Assembly (NCBI RefSeq): GCF_025273655.1
Contig: NZ_CP045921.1
Coordinates: forward strand, 690,001 to 722,000
Origin: Candidatus Saccharimonadota bacterium
Lineage (GTDB): Bacteria > Patescibacteriota > Saccharimonadia > Saccharimonadales > Saccharimonadaceae
DNA length: 32,000 nt
Direction: 5' to 3'
Within the stretch, counting starts at the first letter, position 1. Every line of letters begins with the position of its first letter. Below the pieces are notes generated by a model that saw only the letters and a program-made list of their open reading frames with translations, made no database searches and had not been told where the DNA came from. Below, piece by piece: positions 22,742 through 32,000 of this stretch. The translations under genes were made by a program, and so were the position numbers.

Positions 22742-23434
22742 CTAGTTGTTTTCGAGATTGATTTTTGCAAAACGGGGCTGGCGCATACCATCTATCTCAA
22801 TAGTTTCTACAAACATCTCGTATGGACGAACCCATACGGACGGCAAACCCCTAGCCTTACGTTTGTACGATACATACACCACCAACCATTCCAGAGTTTC
22901 GCTATGACACGCCAGTTCGGTCACTGTGTACATACCACCCTTGTAATGCCGATATGGACCCGTAGGCAACTTTGGCGGCTCCCCCGTCTGCTTCATGGAT
23001 CCTGTGTCAGACTTTTGATGCAATTTTTCATCTCGCTGCCCATCCATTTCCGGATATTTGCTCGGGTCAGCCCGACAGTACTGTGCCCATTTGTCGTCTT
23101 CGTCTGGCATCTTGACTGTTTCGATATAGTGCCCAGCCAGGAACCCGCCTTTTTTGTCGCGCTTGTGTCGCTGGACTGCGCGTAGCTCATCGGAGCCAAT
23201 CGCTTGGCTTGTACATAGATCGTCGAGGAGTTGCTGTACATCAGCGATTTCTTCTACTAGCTCGTCGCGTGTCTTGGCACCTTTGACTTCGTCGGCCTCT
23301 TCATGGAGTTTCTCGGCCATGGCGGCACGAAGCGCGTCGCCACTTAGCTGCTCACCAGTCGGTGTGTGACCAGCCTCGATATGCCAATCCCATATATTGT
23401 CGCGCACAAGTTTGTGATAACGAAATGTTGGCAT
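22742..23434 (-). CDS. MazG-like all-alpha NTP pyrophosphohydrolase fused to a DUF1653 domain
   Basis: N-terminus YHKLVRDNIWDWHIE...KLHEEADEV...ELVEEIADVQQLLDDL (PRA-PH/MazG-like house-cleaning family). C-terminus GPYRHYKGGMYTVTELACHSETLEWLVVYVS...VWVRPYEMF (DUF1653 pattern). GGGGGA upstream of the ATG. Confidence 0.7.
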   Translation of the reverse strand: MPTFRYHKLVRDNIWDWHIEAGHTPTGEQLSGDALRAAMAEKLHEEADEVKGAKTRDELVEEIADVQQLLDDLCTSQAIGSDELRAVQRHKRDKKGGFLAGHYIETVKMPDEDDKWAQYCRADPSKYPEMDGQRDEKLHQKSDTGSMKQTGEPPKLPTGPYRHYKGGMYTVTELACHSETLEWLVVYVSYKRKARGLPSVWVRPYEMFVETIEIDGMRQPRFAKINLENN

Positions 23435-23555
23435 AATCCCCCACTTTCAGTATACATTCTGTACCCCATTATACGCTTCACGTTCGTATTTGCTGTTTTT
23501 GTACCCATATCTCACCCGGTGATACAGTGACAAAAAATACAACACAAATCACGGA

Positions 23556-26700
<3,145 letters not shown>

Positions 26701-26712
26701 ATGAATATCTTC

Positions 26713-27588
26713 TTAGAATTTTGTAGCATTATCGCGCAATCTTGCAATACGCTCATCTAGGGGTGGGTGTGAGCTAAACAGTTTGTTCATAAAACCAGAT
26801 TTAAGCGGATTATTGAAGAAAAGGTGTGCAGTTGCAGAGCTCTGGCGTTGCATTGGACGGCCATACTCTTTGAGTTTTTCGAGCGCATTGGCGAGTCCTT
26901 CGCTATCACGTGTTGTCATAGCGCCGGTAGCGTCTGCCAAATACTCGCGCTGACGACTCACGGCCAACTGCACAACTGCCGCAATAATAGGTGCTAGGAT
27001 AACAAATATCACTCCGATAACAATTACTATCGGATTCACATTGCGATTGTCGCTATCGCTAAAAAATAGCATGCGCAGCACCATATCGGACAAAATACTG
27101 ATAGCGCTTACAAGTCCAAATGCAATCATCGATACGCGAATATCGTAGTTTTTGACATGTCCAAGCTCATGCGCCATGACACCTTCAAGCTCACGGTCAT
27201 TCATAATCTCAAGTATGCCCGTGGTAGCCGCAACAATCGCGTGCTGAGGATTGCGTCCAGTTGCAAAAGCGTTTGGTGCCGGATCATCGATAATATATAC
27301 CTTTGGCATTGGCATGCCTTCTGTGATAGCCAAGTTCTCGACGATACGATACAAACGCGGATTGTCTTTTTTCTCGATTTCCTGCGCCCCTGTCATTGAT
27401 ACGGCGAGCGAACTGGCGGCATAATACTGGATGATAGCATATACGGCAGCCGCACCAATCGCCCAATACGCAAACGATGTGTTGCCATAAAATAGACTGA
27501 CAACGTAGCCTATCGCTCCGATAATACCCACAAACACCGCCATAATCAGGACGGTGTTGCGTTTGTTTGCGGCAATAGCACTATACAT
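26713..27588 (-). CDS. htpX: HtpX-type M48 zinc metalloprotease
   Basis: 291 aa. HELGHVKNYD (HExxH) between TM segments and a downstream EYLADATG glutamate motif. Typical HtpX topology. Confidence 0.9.
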   Translation of the reverse strand: MYSAIAANKRNTVLIMAVFVGIIGAIGYVVSLFYGNTSFAYWAIGAAAVYAIIQYYAASSLAVSMTGAQEIEKKDNPRLYRIVENLAITEGMPMPKVYIIDDPAPNAFATGRNPQHAIVAATTGILEIMNDRELEGVMAHELGHVKNYDIRVSMIAFGLVSAISILSDMVLRMLFFSDSDNRNVNPIVIVIGVIFVILAPIIAAVVQLAVSRQREYLADATGAMTTRDSEGLANALEKLKEYGRPMQRQSSATAHLFFNNPLKSGFMNKLFSSHPPLDERIARLRDNATKF

Positions 27589-27621
27589 AGAATCTTTTGG
27601 ACTTTTCTACTAGTTTAGCGA

Positions 27622-28191
27622 CTAAAACTTAACTTCAACTGGATTTTCGACGCTCGCCATATCTTCGACTTCGAAGAACTCGCGCTCTTTGAATCCGAGC
27701 ATGCCGGCAAATACATTGTTTGGAAAAATCTGGATCTTGGTATTGAGGTCGCGTACGCCACCGTTGTAGAAACGGCGAGATGCCTGAATCTTGTCCTCTG
27801 TGTCTACCAGCTCATTCTGAAGCTGTAGAAAGTTTTCGTTTGCCTTGAGGTCTGGATATGCTTCAGCCACGGCAAAAAGGCTTTTGAGAGCACCTTCGAG
27901 CATATTCTCAGCTTCAGCAGTTTGCTGTACACCTTTAGCATCCATCACGGCGCTACGGGCTTCAGTCACCTTCTCGAATACACCGCTTTCGTGCGCAGCA
28001 TACCCCTTCACGCTATTGACGAGATTTGGGATCAAATCGGCACGACGCTTGAGTTGCACCGTGATATCGCTCCACGCTTCGTCTACGCGTACCTTGAGCG
28101 TGACCAGCGAGTTGTAGGTTGTCCAGAGGAAGATACCCAGAACGATAAGGAGTCCGAGGACTACGAGTAAAATAATGAGGCCAGTTGACAT
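27622..28191 (-). CDS. lemA: LemA family protein
   Basis: 189 aa. N-terminal TM helix, then [33 protein letters not shown] and [12 protein letters not shown], which are typical LemA strings. Confidence 0.9.
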   Translation of the reverse strand: MSTGLIILLVVLGLLIVLGIFLWTTYNSLVTLKVRVDEAWSDITVQLKRRADLIPNLVNSVKGYAAHESGVFEKVTEARSAVMDAKGVQQTAEAENMLEGALKSLFAVAEAYPDLKANENFLQLQNELVDTEDKIQASRRFYNGGVRDLNTKIQIFPNNVFAGMLGFKEREFFEVEDMASVENPVEVKF

Positions 28192-28271
28192 AGTGTAAAT
28201 CTATTCCCTTCTGTAGTTTGTGTGTATTTATAGTATAGCGCGTCTGGGGCGCTATATCTAGTGCACCCCTG

Positions 28272-29021
28272 CTATTTTTGGACGATTTTGGCAACCGTCT
28301 CAGTAAGGTCGGCCGGTAAGACGAAGAGAGTCTTCTGACTTGGCTCGGCGCTAATCTTCTCGAGTGTCTGCAAAGTACGAATACTTAGACCGCCAGGTGT
28401 CGCCGCTAGCATGTGCGCTGCCTCAGCCACGGCCTGCGCCGACGCCTTCTCGCCCTCCGCCGTGATAATCACCGCACGACGTTCTCGCTCGGCCTCTGCC
28501 TGCTTGGCCATAGCACGTTTCATATCTGTCGGCAGCTCGATATTTTGCACTTTTACGGCCTCGACGTCGATACCCCACTGGTCCGTTTGCCGATCAACAA
28601 TTTCTTTGATCTGCTGGCTGATTTCTTCGCGTTTGCCGAGCAGATCATCCATATCCACATTGCCCGTCACATCACGTAGCGCTGCCTGAGCAAACTGGCT
28701 CGTCGCATAAATATAATTTGTCGTCTCAAGCACTGCCTTTGGTGCATCTACCACACGAAAATATACTACCGCATCGACACCGACAGTCACGTTGTCTTTA
28801 GTAATCACTTCTTGCTTTGGCACATCAATCGGTGTACTACGTACATCCACACGGATGAGGCGCTGAAAGATCGGGATGACAATACGCAGGCCAGGCTCAC
28901 GAATACCGCTAAATTTGCCTAGTGTTAACACTACGCCTCGCTCGTACTGATTGATAACTTTAATACCGCTCAGCACAAATAACACGGCCGCGATTATAAT
29001 TGCCCAGAACACTACGTCCAT
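28272..29021 (-). CDS. SPFH/band-7 (stomatin-like) membrane protein
   Basis: Track ORF trimmed to ATG 29021 (AGGAG 7 nt upstream) because the longer version runs into tRNA-Leu. N-terminal TM helix, then IKVINQYERGVVLTLGKF..., and a C-terminal AEAERERRA coiled-coil typical of SPFH proteins. Confidence 0.85.
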   Translation of the reverse strand: MDVVFWAIIIAAVLFVLSGIKVINQYERGVVLTLGKFSGIREPGLRIVIPIFQRLIRVDVRSTPIDVPKQEVITKDNVTVGVDAVVYFRVVDAPKAVLETTNYIYATSQFAQAALRDVTGNVDMDDLLGKREEISQQIKEIVDRQTDQWGIDVEAVKVQNIELPTDMKRAMAKQAEAERERRAVIITAEGEKASAQAVAEAAHMLAATPGGLSIRTLQTLEKISAEPSQKTLFVLPADLTETVAKIVQK

Positions 29022-29051
29022 ACCCCATCTCCTAGTTGCTTTAATATCTTC

Positions 29052-29139
29052 TGGTGCGCAGAGCGGGAATCGAACCCGCACGCCTTATTCAGGCAAGAGA
29101 TTTTAAGTCTCTCGTGTCTACCAATTCCACCATCCGCGC
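29052..29139 (-). tRNA. tRNA-Leu (anticodon UAA), long variable arm, CCA encoded
   Basis: GCGCGGATGGTGGAATTGGTAGACACGAGAGACTTAAAATCTCTTGCCTGAATAAGGCGTGCGGGTTCGATTCCCGCTCTGCGCACCA. Anticodon stem AGAGA/TCTCT, loop CTTAAAA, type II variable arm. Confidence 0.9.
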
Positions 29140-29163
29140 GTATAGAACCAGTATACTAGATAT

Positions 29164-29751
29164 ATGAAACAAATCCTTATAATTCATGGTGGCTCTAGCT
29201 TTGCGAGCTATCATGATTACATCGACTATATGCAAACCATGCCGCTAGACTACGAAAGACTCAAACATAGCCAGAAGTGGAAACCCTGGATCGCCGAAGA
29301 GATGATAGACGCCGACGTACTACTGCCGGCATTTCCAAACGGCGCCAACGCGATATTCGACGAGTGGAAACTGTATTTCGAGAAGATTTTACCCTTTCTC
29401 GAGGACGACGTACAGCTTGTCGGCCACAGCCTTGGTGCCATGTTTCTCGGCAAATATTTACAGCATTGTCCCCTCGCTAAACCCGTGCGACGTGTTATCT
29501 TGATCGCCGGGCGCTACACGGACATTGCATACGACGCAGGCAGCTTCGAGCTTACAGATGTGTCACGACTGAGCGAAAGTGCCGACGAGGTGCATCTTTT
29601 CCATAGCCAAGATGATAAGGTAGTACCTTATACCGATCTAGCCAAGTTTCAAGCTGATCTCCCTGGCGCCATTTCGCACACTTTCACCAATAGGGGTCAT
29701 TTCAACGACGCGACGTTTCCGGAGCTACTCAAGCTTCTCAAACAAAAATAA
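29164..29751 (+). CDS. alpha/beta hydrolase (YdeN/RBBP9-like serine hydrolase)
   Basis: 195 aa. Nucleophile elbow VGHSLGA, then SQDDKVVP (Asp) and NRGHF (His) in catalytic-triad order. TATACT (29152-29157) is 6 nt upstream of the ATG, with no SD. Confidence 0.7.
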   Translation: MKQILIIHGGSSFASYHDYIDYMQTMPLDYERLKHSQKWKPWIAEEMIDADVLLPAFPNGANAIFDEWKLYFEKILPFLEDDVQLVGHSLGAMFLGKYLQHCPLAKPVRRVILIAGRYTDIAYDAGSFELTDVSRLSESADEVHLFHSQDDKVVPYTDLAKFQADLPGAISHTFTNRGHFNDATFPELLKLLKQK

Positions 29752-29774
29752 CCCCGAACTTCGAGATTATTGTT

Positions 29775-29848
29775 TGGAGGCACGTACGGGAGTCGAACCC
29801 GTCTCTAAGGTTTTGCAGACCTCCGCGTAACCGCTCCGCCAACGCGCC
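29775..29848 (-). tRNA. tRNA-Cys (anticodon GCA), CCA encoded
   Basis: GGCGCGTTGGCGGAGCGGTTACGCGGAGGTCTGCAAAACCTTAGAGACGGGTTCGACTCCCGTACGTGCCTCCA. Anticodon loop CTGCAAA and discriminator U73, as expected for Cys. Confidence 0.9.
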
Positions 29849-29924
29849 ATCTCGGATTATTATAGCAGATACTGCACTAATCTATGATCACCAACTTTTC
29901 ATAAGCAGAGTATAATAAATACAT

Positions 29925-30164
29925 ATGATATGGGTAGTAATCCTGGTGGCAGTTATCTTATTTATCGTCGGTATAATATCTCCACATGCAGCGGGGAAAG
30001 TCCAGTACAAGACCGACGTCGAAGCAGGATGGCTCAAACGTACATCCGAGTGGCTATGGGATCCGGTCACATGGTGGGCAAAAGGCAGTATTGAAATGTC
30101 CCGCAAAATCATAAAATATGTCGCGCAATGGGGTCGCAAAACCCGCAAGAAACTTCCCTTCTAG
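29925..30164 (+). CDS. small membrane protein (79 aa), unknown function
   Basis: N-terminal TM helix (IWVVILVAVILFIVGII), then a Trp-rich basic tail. TATAAT (29911-29916) is 8 nt upstream of the ATG. Preferred over the overlapping antisense ORF 29888-30148. Confidence 0.55.
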   Translation: MIWVVILVAVILFIVGIISPHAAGKVQYKTDVEAGWLKRTSEWLWDPVTWWAKGSIEMSRKIIKYVAQWGRKTRKKLPF

Positions 30165-30171
30165 CCCTACC

Positions 30172-30200
30172 TTGGCAAATAAGGTCAAATCTAGTAGAAT
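30172..30200 (+). promoter_or_regulatory. sigma70-like promoter of tRNA-Phe
   Basis: TTGGCA (30172-30177), 17-nt spacer, TAGAAT (30195-30200), ~25 nt before the tRNA 5' end. Confidence 0.6.
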
Positions 30201-30225
30201 GTACAGAGTTCAATTGAACCGTTGT

Positions 30226-30301
30226 GGCTCTTTAGCTCAGTTGGTAGAGCAGAGGCCTGAAGAGCCTTGTGTCCCCAGTTCAAGTCTGGGAGGAGCCACC
30301 A
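30226..30301 (+). tRNA. tRNA-Phe (anticodon GAA), CCA encoded
   Basis: GGCTCTTTAGCTCAGTTGGTAGAGCAGAGGCCTGAAGAGCCTTGTGTCCCCAGTTCAAGTCTGGGAGGAGCCACCA. Canonical cloverleaf with anticodon loop CTGAAGA. Confidence 0.9.
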
Positions 30302-30308
30302 GGAAAGA

Positions 30309-30332
30309 AGATCAGTACGCTGGTCTTTTTTC
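30309..30332 (+). terminator. intrinsic terminator after tRNA-Phe
   Basis: AGATCAG / CTGGTCT stem (one G:U pair), TACG loop, then TTTTTT. Confidence 0.7.
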
Positions 30333-30410
30333 TATGCCATGACACGCACATACGAAATTAAAAGTCCGAAAGGTATCTCGTAATCCCACAAGTAAACTCA
30401 CCCGCCCCTG

Positions 30411-30439
30411 TTGCTTTTTGGCGTTTCCTTCGTTATAAT
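30411..30439 (+). promoter_or_regulatory. sigma70-like promoter of tRNA-Gly
   Basis: TTGCTT (30411-30416), 17-nt spacer, TATAAT (30434-30439), 14 nt before the tRNA 5' end. Confidence 0.6.
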
Positions 30440-30453
30440 CATTTAAGCAACAT

Positions 30454-30529
30454 GCGGGTTTAGCTCAGTTGTTAGAGCGCTTCCTTGCCATGGAAGAGGC
30501 CAGGAGTTAGAGTCTCCTAACCCGCACCA
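30454..30529 (+). tRNA. tRNA-Gly (anticodon GCC), CCA encoded, atypical D/T loops
   Basis: GCGGGTTTAGCTCAGTTGTTAGAGCGCTTCCTTGCCATGGAAGAGGCCAGGAGTTAGAGTCTCCTAACCCGCACCA. All four stems are Watson-Crick and the length is 76 nt. The D-loop is AGTTGTTA (U at 19) and the T-loop is TTAGAGT (A at 56). Confidence 0.85.
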
Positions 30530-30547
30530 ATTTTACGATTTTGTCGA

Positions 30548-30572
30548 ATACACCCGAATGGGTGTATTTTGC
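30548..30572 (+). terminator. intrinsic terminator after tRNA-Gly
   Basis: ATACACCC / GGGTGTAT 8-bp stem with GAAT loop, followed by TTTGCT. Confidence 0.7.
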
Positions 30573-30584
30573 TATGATGGGTTT

Positions 30585-30983
30585 ATGCAGAAATATAAAA
30601 CAGTCGAAGAGTTTGTGAATGATCTGAATGACGATAAACAATCGCAAGTAGGTATGCTAAGAGACCTTATTCTAAGCACCGAGCCACAACTAGAAGAGCA
30701 TATTAAATGGAATGCTCCTAGTTATGTTCTAGATGGTGAAGATCGGATTACGTTTAATCTTATGAATAAGGAAGGGGTAGTCAAGCTTGTACTCCATATG
30801 GGTGCTACGCGCAAGGAAGATAAAAAAGGCACACCACTTATGCAGGATGAAAGCGGATTAATAGAGTGGAGTTCTGACATCAGAGGAATGATTACATTCA
30901 ATTCTTCAACAAACATCAGCTCAAATGCAACTTCACTAAAAAAGATCATCAAGGATTGGCTCGCAATTCCTTCATTAATCTAA
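30585..30983 (+). CDS. DUF1801 (YdhG-like) domain protein
   Basis: Track ORF trimmed to ATG 30585 because the earlier ATG lies inside the terminator hairpin. TVEEFVNDL...MLRDLILSTEPQLEEHIKWNAPSY fits the DUF1801 pattern. TATGAT (30573-30578) is 6 nt upstream. About 39% GC. Confidence 0.65.
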   Translation: MQKYKTVEEFVNDLNDDKQSQVGMLRDLILSTEPQLEEHIKWNAPSYVLDGEDRITFNLMNKEGVVKLVLHMGATRKEDKKGTPLMQDESGLIEWSSDIRGMITFNSSTNISSNATSLKKIIKDWLAIPSLI

Positions 30984-31175
30984 TCAATAAATAATTACAT
31001 TCGTATCTTCGTGTGCGATTGGTATGTTTGGTAGCTCCGCAAGCCGACCATCTACGAGTGCTTTGAAAAGTTTAAGTAAATTCTGTAGTTCCGCACCATG
31101 AAAAGACCAGTCCTTTAGCGGCTGGTTTTTCATGGCCATGTAAGATCTCAAACTCCTGACCTCTTTAGAAACCAT
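30984..31175 (-). CDS. doubtful small ORF (63 aa), possibly a gene remnant
   Basis: ORF abuts the DUF1801 stop with no spacer. No SD, no motif. AT-rich context. Kept only as a candidate. Confidence 0.25.
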   Translation of the reverse strand: MVSKEVRSLRSYMAMKNQPLKDWSFHGAELQNLLKLFKALVDGRLAELPNIPIAHEDTNVIIY

Positions 31176-31362
31176 AAAAAGCTAGAAACGACTCTCGAAT
31201 CCGCTTCCGGCGGGTCAAGAATCAGAATCTCCTGGCCCGTAGTGTGACACTTACTTTATAGCACATCTTGCCATTTGGGAAGATGATGACATGTCGTGGC
31301 AGGGCATGTCACAGATGCCGGGTACCGTGCAGCAAATCAGTAAATAGCTTATACTTATACGA

Positions 31363-32000
31363 GTGGCGTCTACTCTCAAGCGCAAAATTCGGCGCGCCCT
31401 TAGGCACAAGCTTCGCGACACAAGCTGTATGACAATAGCGGCTGTCATATTGCTTTGCGTGGGTCTTGTCGGCTATGCTGTGTATATGGACAACAGACGT
31501 CTAGCCGTTGACCCTGCAAGCTATACACCGCTACTTGATTTGATAGCAAACGTAGAGAGCAAGGATAATTACAATGCGTATTTTGGCAACGCAGACAATA
31601 CGTCGACCAACTTCACACAAATGACAATTGCCCAAGTACAATCGTGGCAGGCAGCGCATATAGCAGAGGGCCATGCAAGCAGTGCTGTCGGCAGGTATCA
31701 AATTATCGACACGACACTCCGTGAGCTTGTGCGGCAGCAGGGCATCGACACGAACCGCAAGTTTGACAAATTACTCCAAGATCAACTCGCGATCGCACTA
31801 CTCGAACGACGAGGCAGCGAAAAGCTTGTCAATCGCGAGATCACTAAGGAACAGTTTGCCGCAAACTTGGCCATGGAATGGGCAGCATTTCCAAAAGTCA
31901 TTGGCCCCAATCCGGACACTAGCTACTATGATGGCGATGGACTCAACTCATCACTCGTAAGCGTCGAACAAGTACTCAAAGCGATTGCGCCTATCAAGCC
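31363..32000 (+). CDS. membrane-anchored lambda-lysozyme-like muramidase/lytic transglycosylase (partial, runs off the right edge)
   Basis: Not in the ORF track (no stop in the window). Frame open from 31348. Candidate starts are GTG 31363 (TATACT at 31350-31355, 7 nt upstream) or ATG 31429. My translation: ...MTIAAVILLCVGLVGYAVYMDNRR (TM helix)...LIANVESKDNYNAYFG...ASSAVGRYQIIDTTLRELV...QDQLAIALLERRG...WAAFP. The E...S-x-x-GRYQ...W-A-x-x-P pattern parallels phage lambda R lysozyme (GH104-type). Confidence 0.65.
   Translation, partial: MASTLKRKIRRALRHKLRDTSCMTIAAVILLCVGLVGYAVYMDNRRLAVDPASYTPLLDLIANVESKDNYNAYFGNADNTSTNFTQMTIAQVQSWQAAHIAEGHASSAVGRYQIIDTTLRELVRQQGIDTNRKFDKLLQDQLAIALLERRGSEKLVNREITKEQFAANLAMEWAAFPKVIGPNPDTSYYDGDGLNSSLVSVEQVLKAIAPIK

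Noticed and set aside
23505-23520. 11-nt palindrome TCACCCGGTGA downstream of ligA / upstream of the MazG-DUF1653 gene
   Set aside because: A single short palindrome with a 1-nt centre. It cannot form a hairpin, and a lone site is not enough to call an operator.
29022-29081. N-terminal extension of the SPFH ORF (track start 29081)
   Set aside because: The extension overlaps tRNA-Leu (29052-29139). An internal ATG at 29021 has a well-spaced AGGAG and begins right at the TM helix.
29888-30148. 86-aa minus-strand ORF antisense to the 79-aa membrane protein gene
   Set aside because: The two overlap almost completely. The plus-strand product has a clean TM helix and a TATAAT box 8 nt upstream, whereas the minus product has no start signals and odd composition.
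30118-30342. 74-aa plus-strand ORF
   Set aside because: It spans the whole tRNA-Phe gene and its terminator. No SD. An artefact of reading the tRNA as protein.
31251-31448. 65-aa minus-strand ORF
   Set aside because: Antisense to the start region of the lysozyme-like gene, Cys/Arg-rich, no SD. The plus-strand frame has recognisable motifs.

Overview
Gene-dense chromosomal window, roughly 50% GC by eye, with most genes on the minus strand. It looks like a small-genome bacterium. Core information-processing genes sit among many short membrane-anchored proteins of unknown function, Lys-rich low-complexity tails and almost no metabolism. That mix is reminiscent of Patescibacteria/CPR (Saccharibacteria-like) genomes, but the placement is inference only. 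Recognisable genes: MIP channel, rmuC, PAP2 phosphatase, MscS channel, trmD, KH-domain protein, rpsP, rnc, a Nudix hydrolase, nusB, rpmF (46 aa, absent from the ORF track), leuS, a MurF-like Mur ligase, ligA, htpX, lemA, an SPFH protein and an alpha/beta hydrolase. There are six tRNAs (Gln-CUG, Ala-GGC, Leu-UAA, Cys-GCA, Phe-GAA, Gly-GCC), all with encoded CCA. Most interesting observations: (1) leuS carries a ~140-aa in-frame insertion with a perfect Nudix box and clearly lower GC than the rest of the gene. (2) Three overlapping genes (membrane-anchored FMN_bind protein, ApbE flavin transferase, NqrB/RnfD-like membrane domain fused to an FNR-type FAD/NAD(P)H module) read as a minimal flavin-based transmembrane electron-transfer device. 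(3) About a dozen genes have a TATACT-type -10 box 6-9 nt from the start codon and no Shine-Dalgarno (leaderless geometry). (4) tRNA-Gly shows a covarying U19:A56 tertiary pair. (5) An AT-rich islet follows tRNA-Gly. (6) A membrane-anchored lambda-lysozyme-like gene runs off the right edge. No CRISPR array, rRNA, transposase or integrase was seen.
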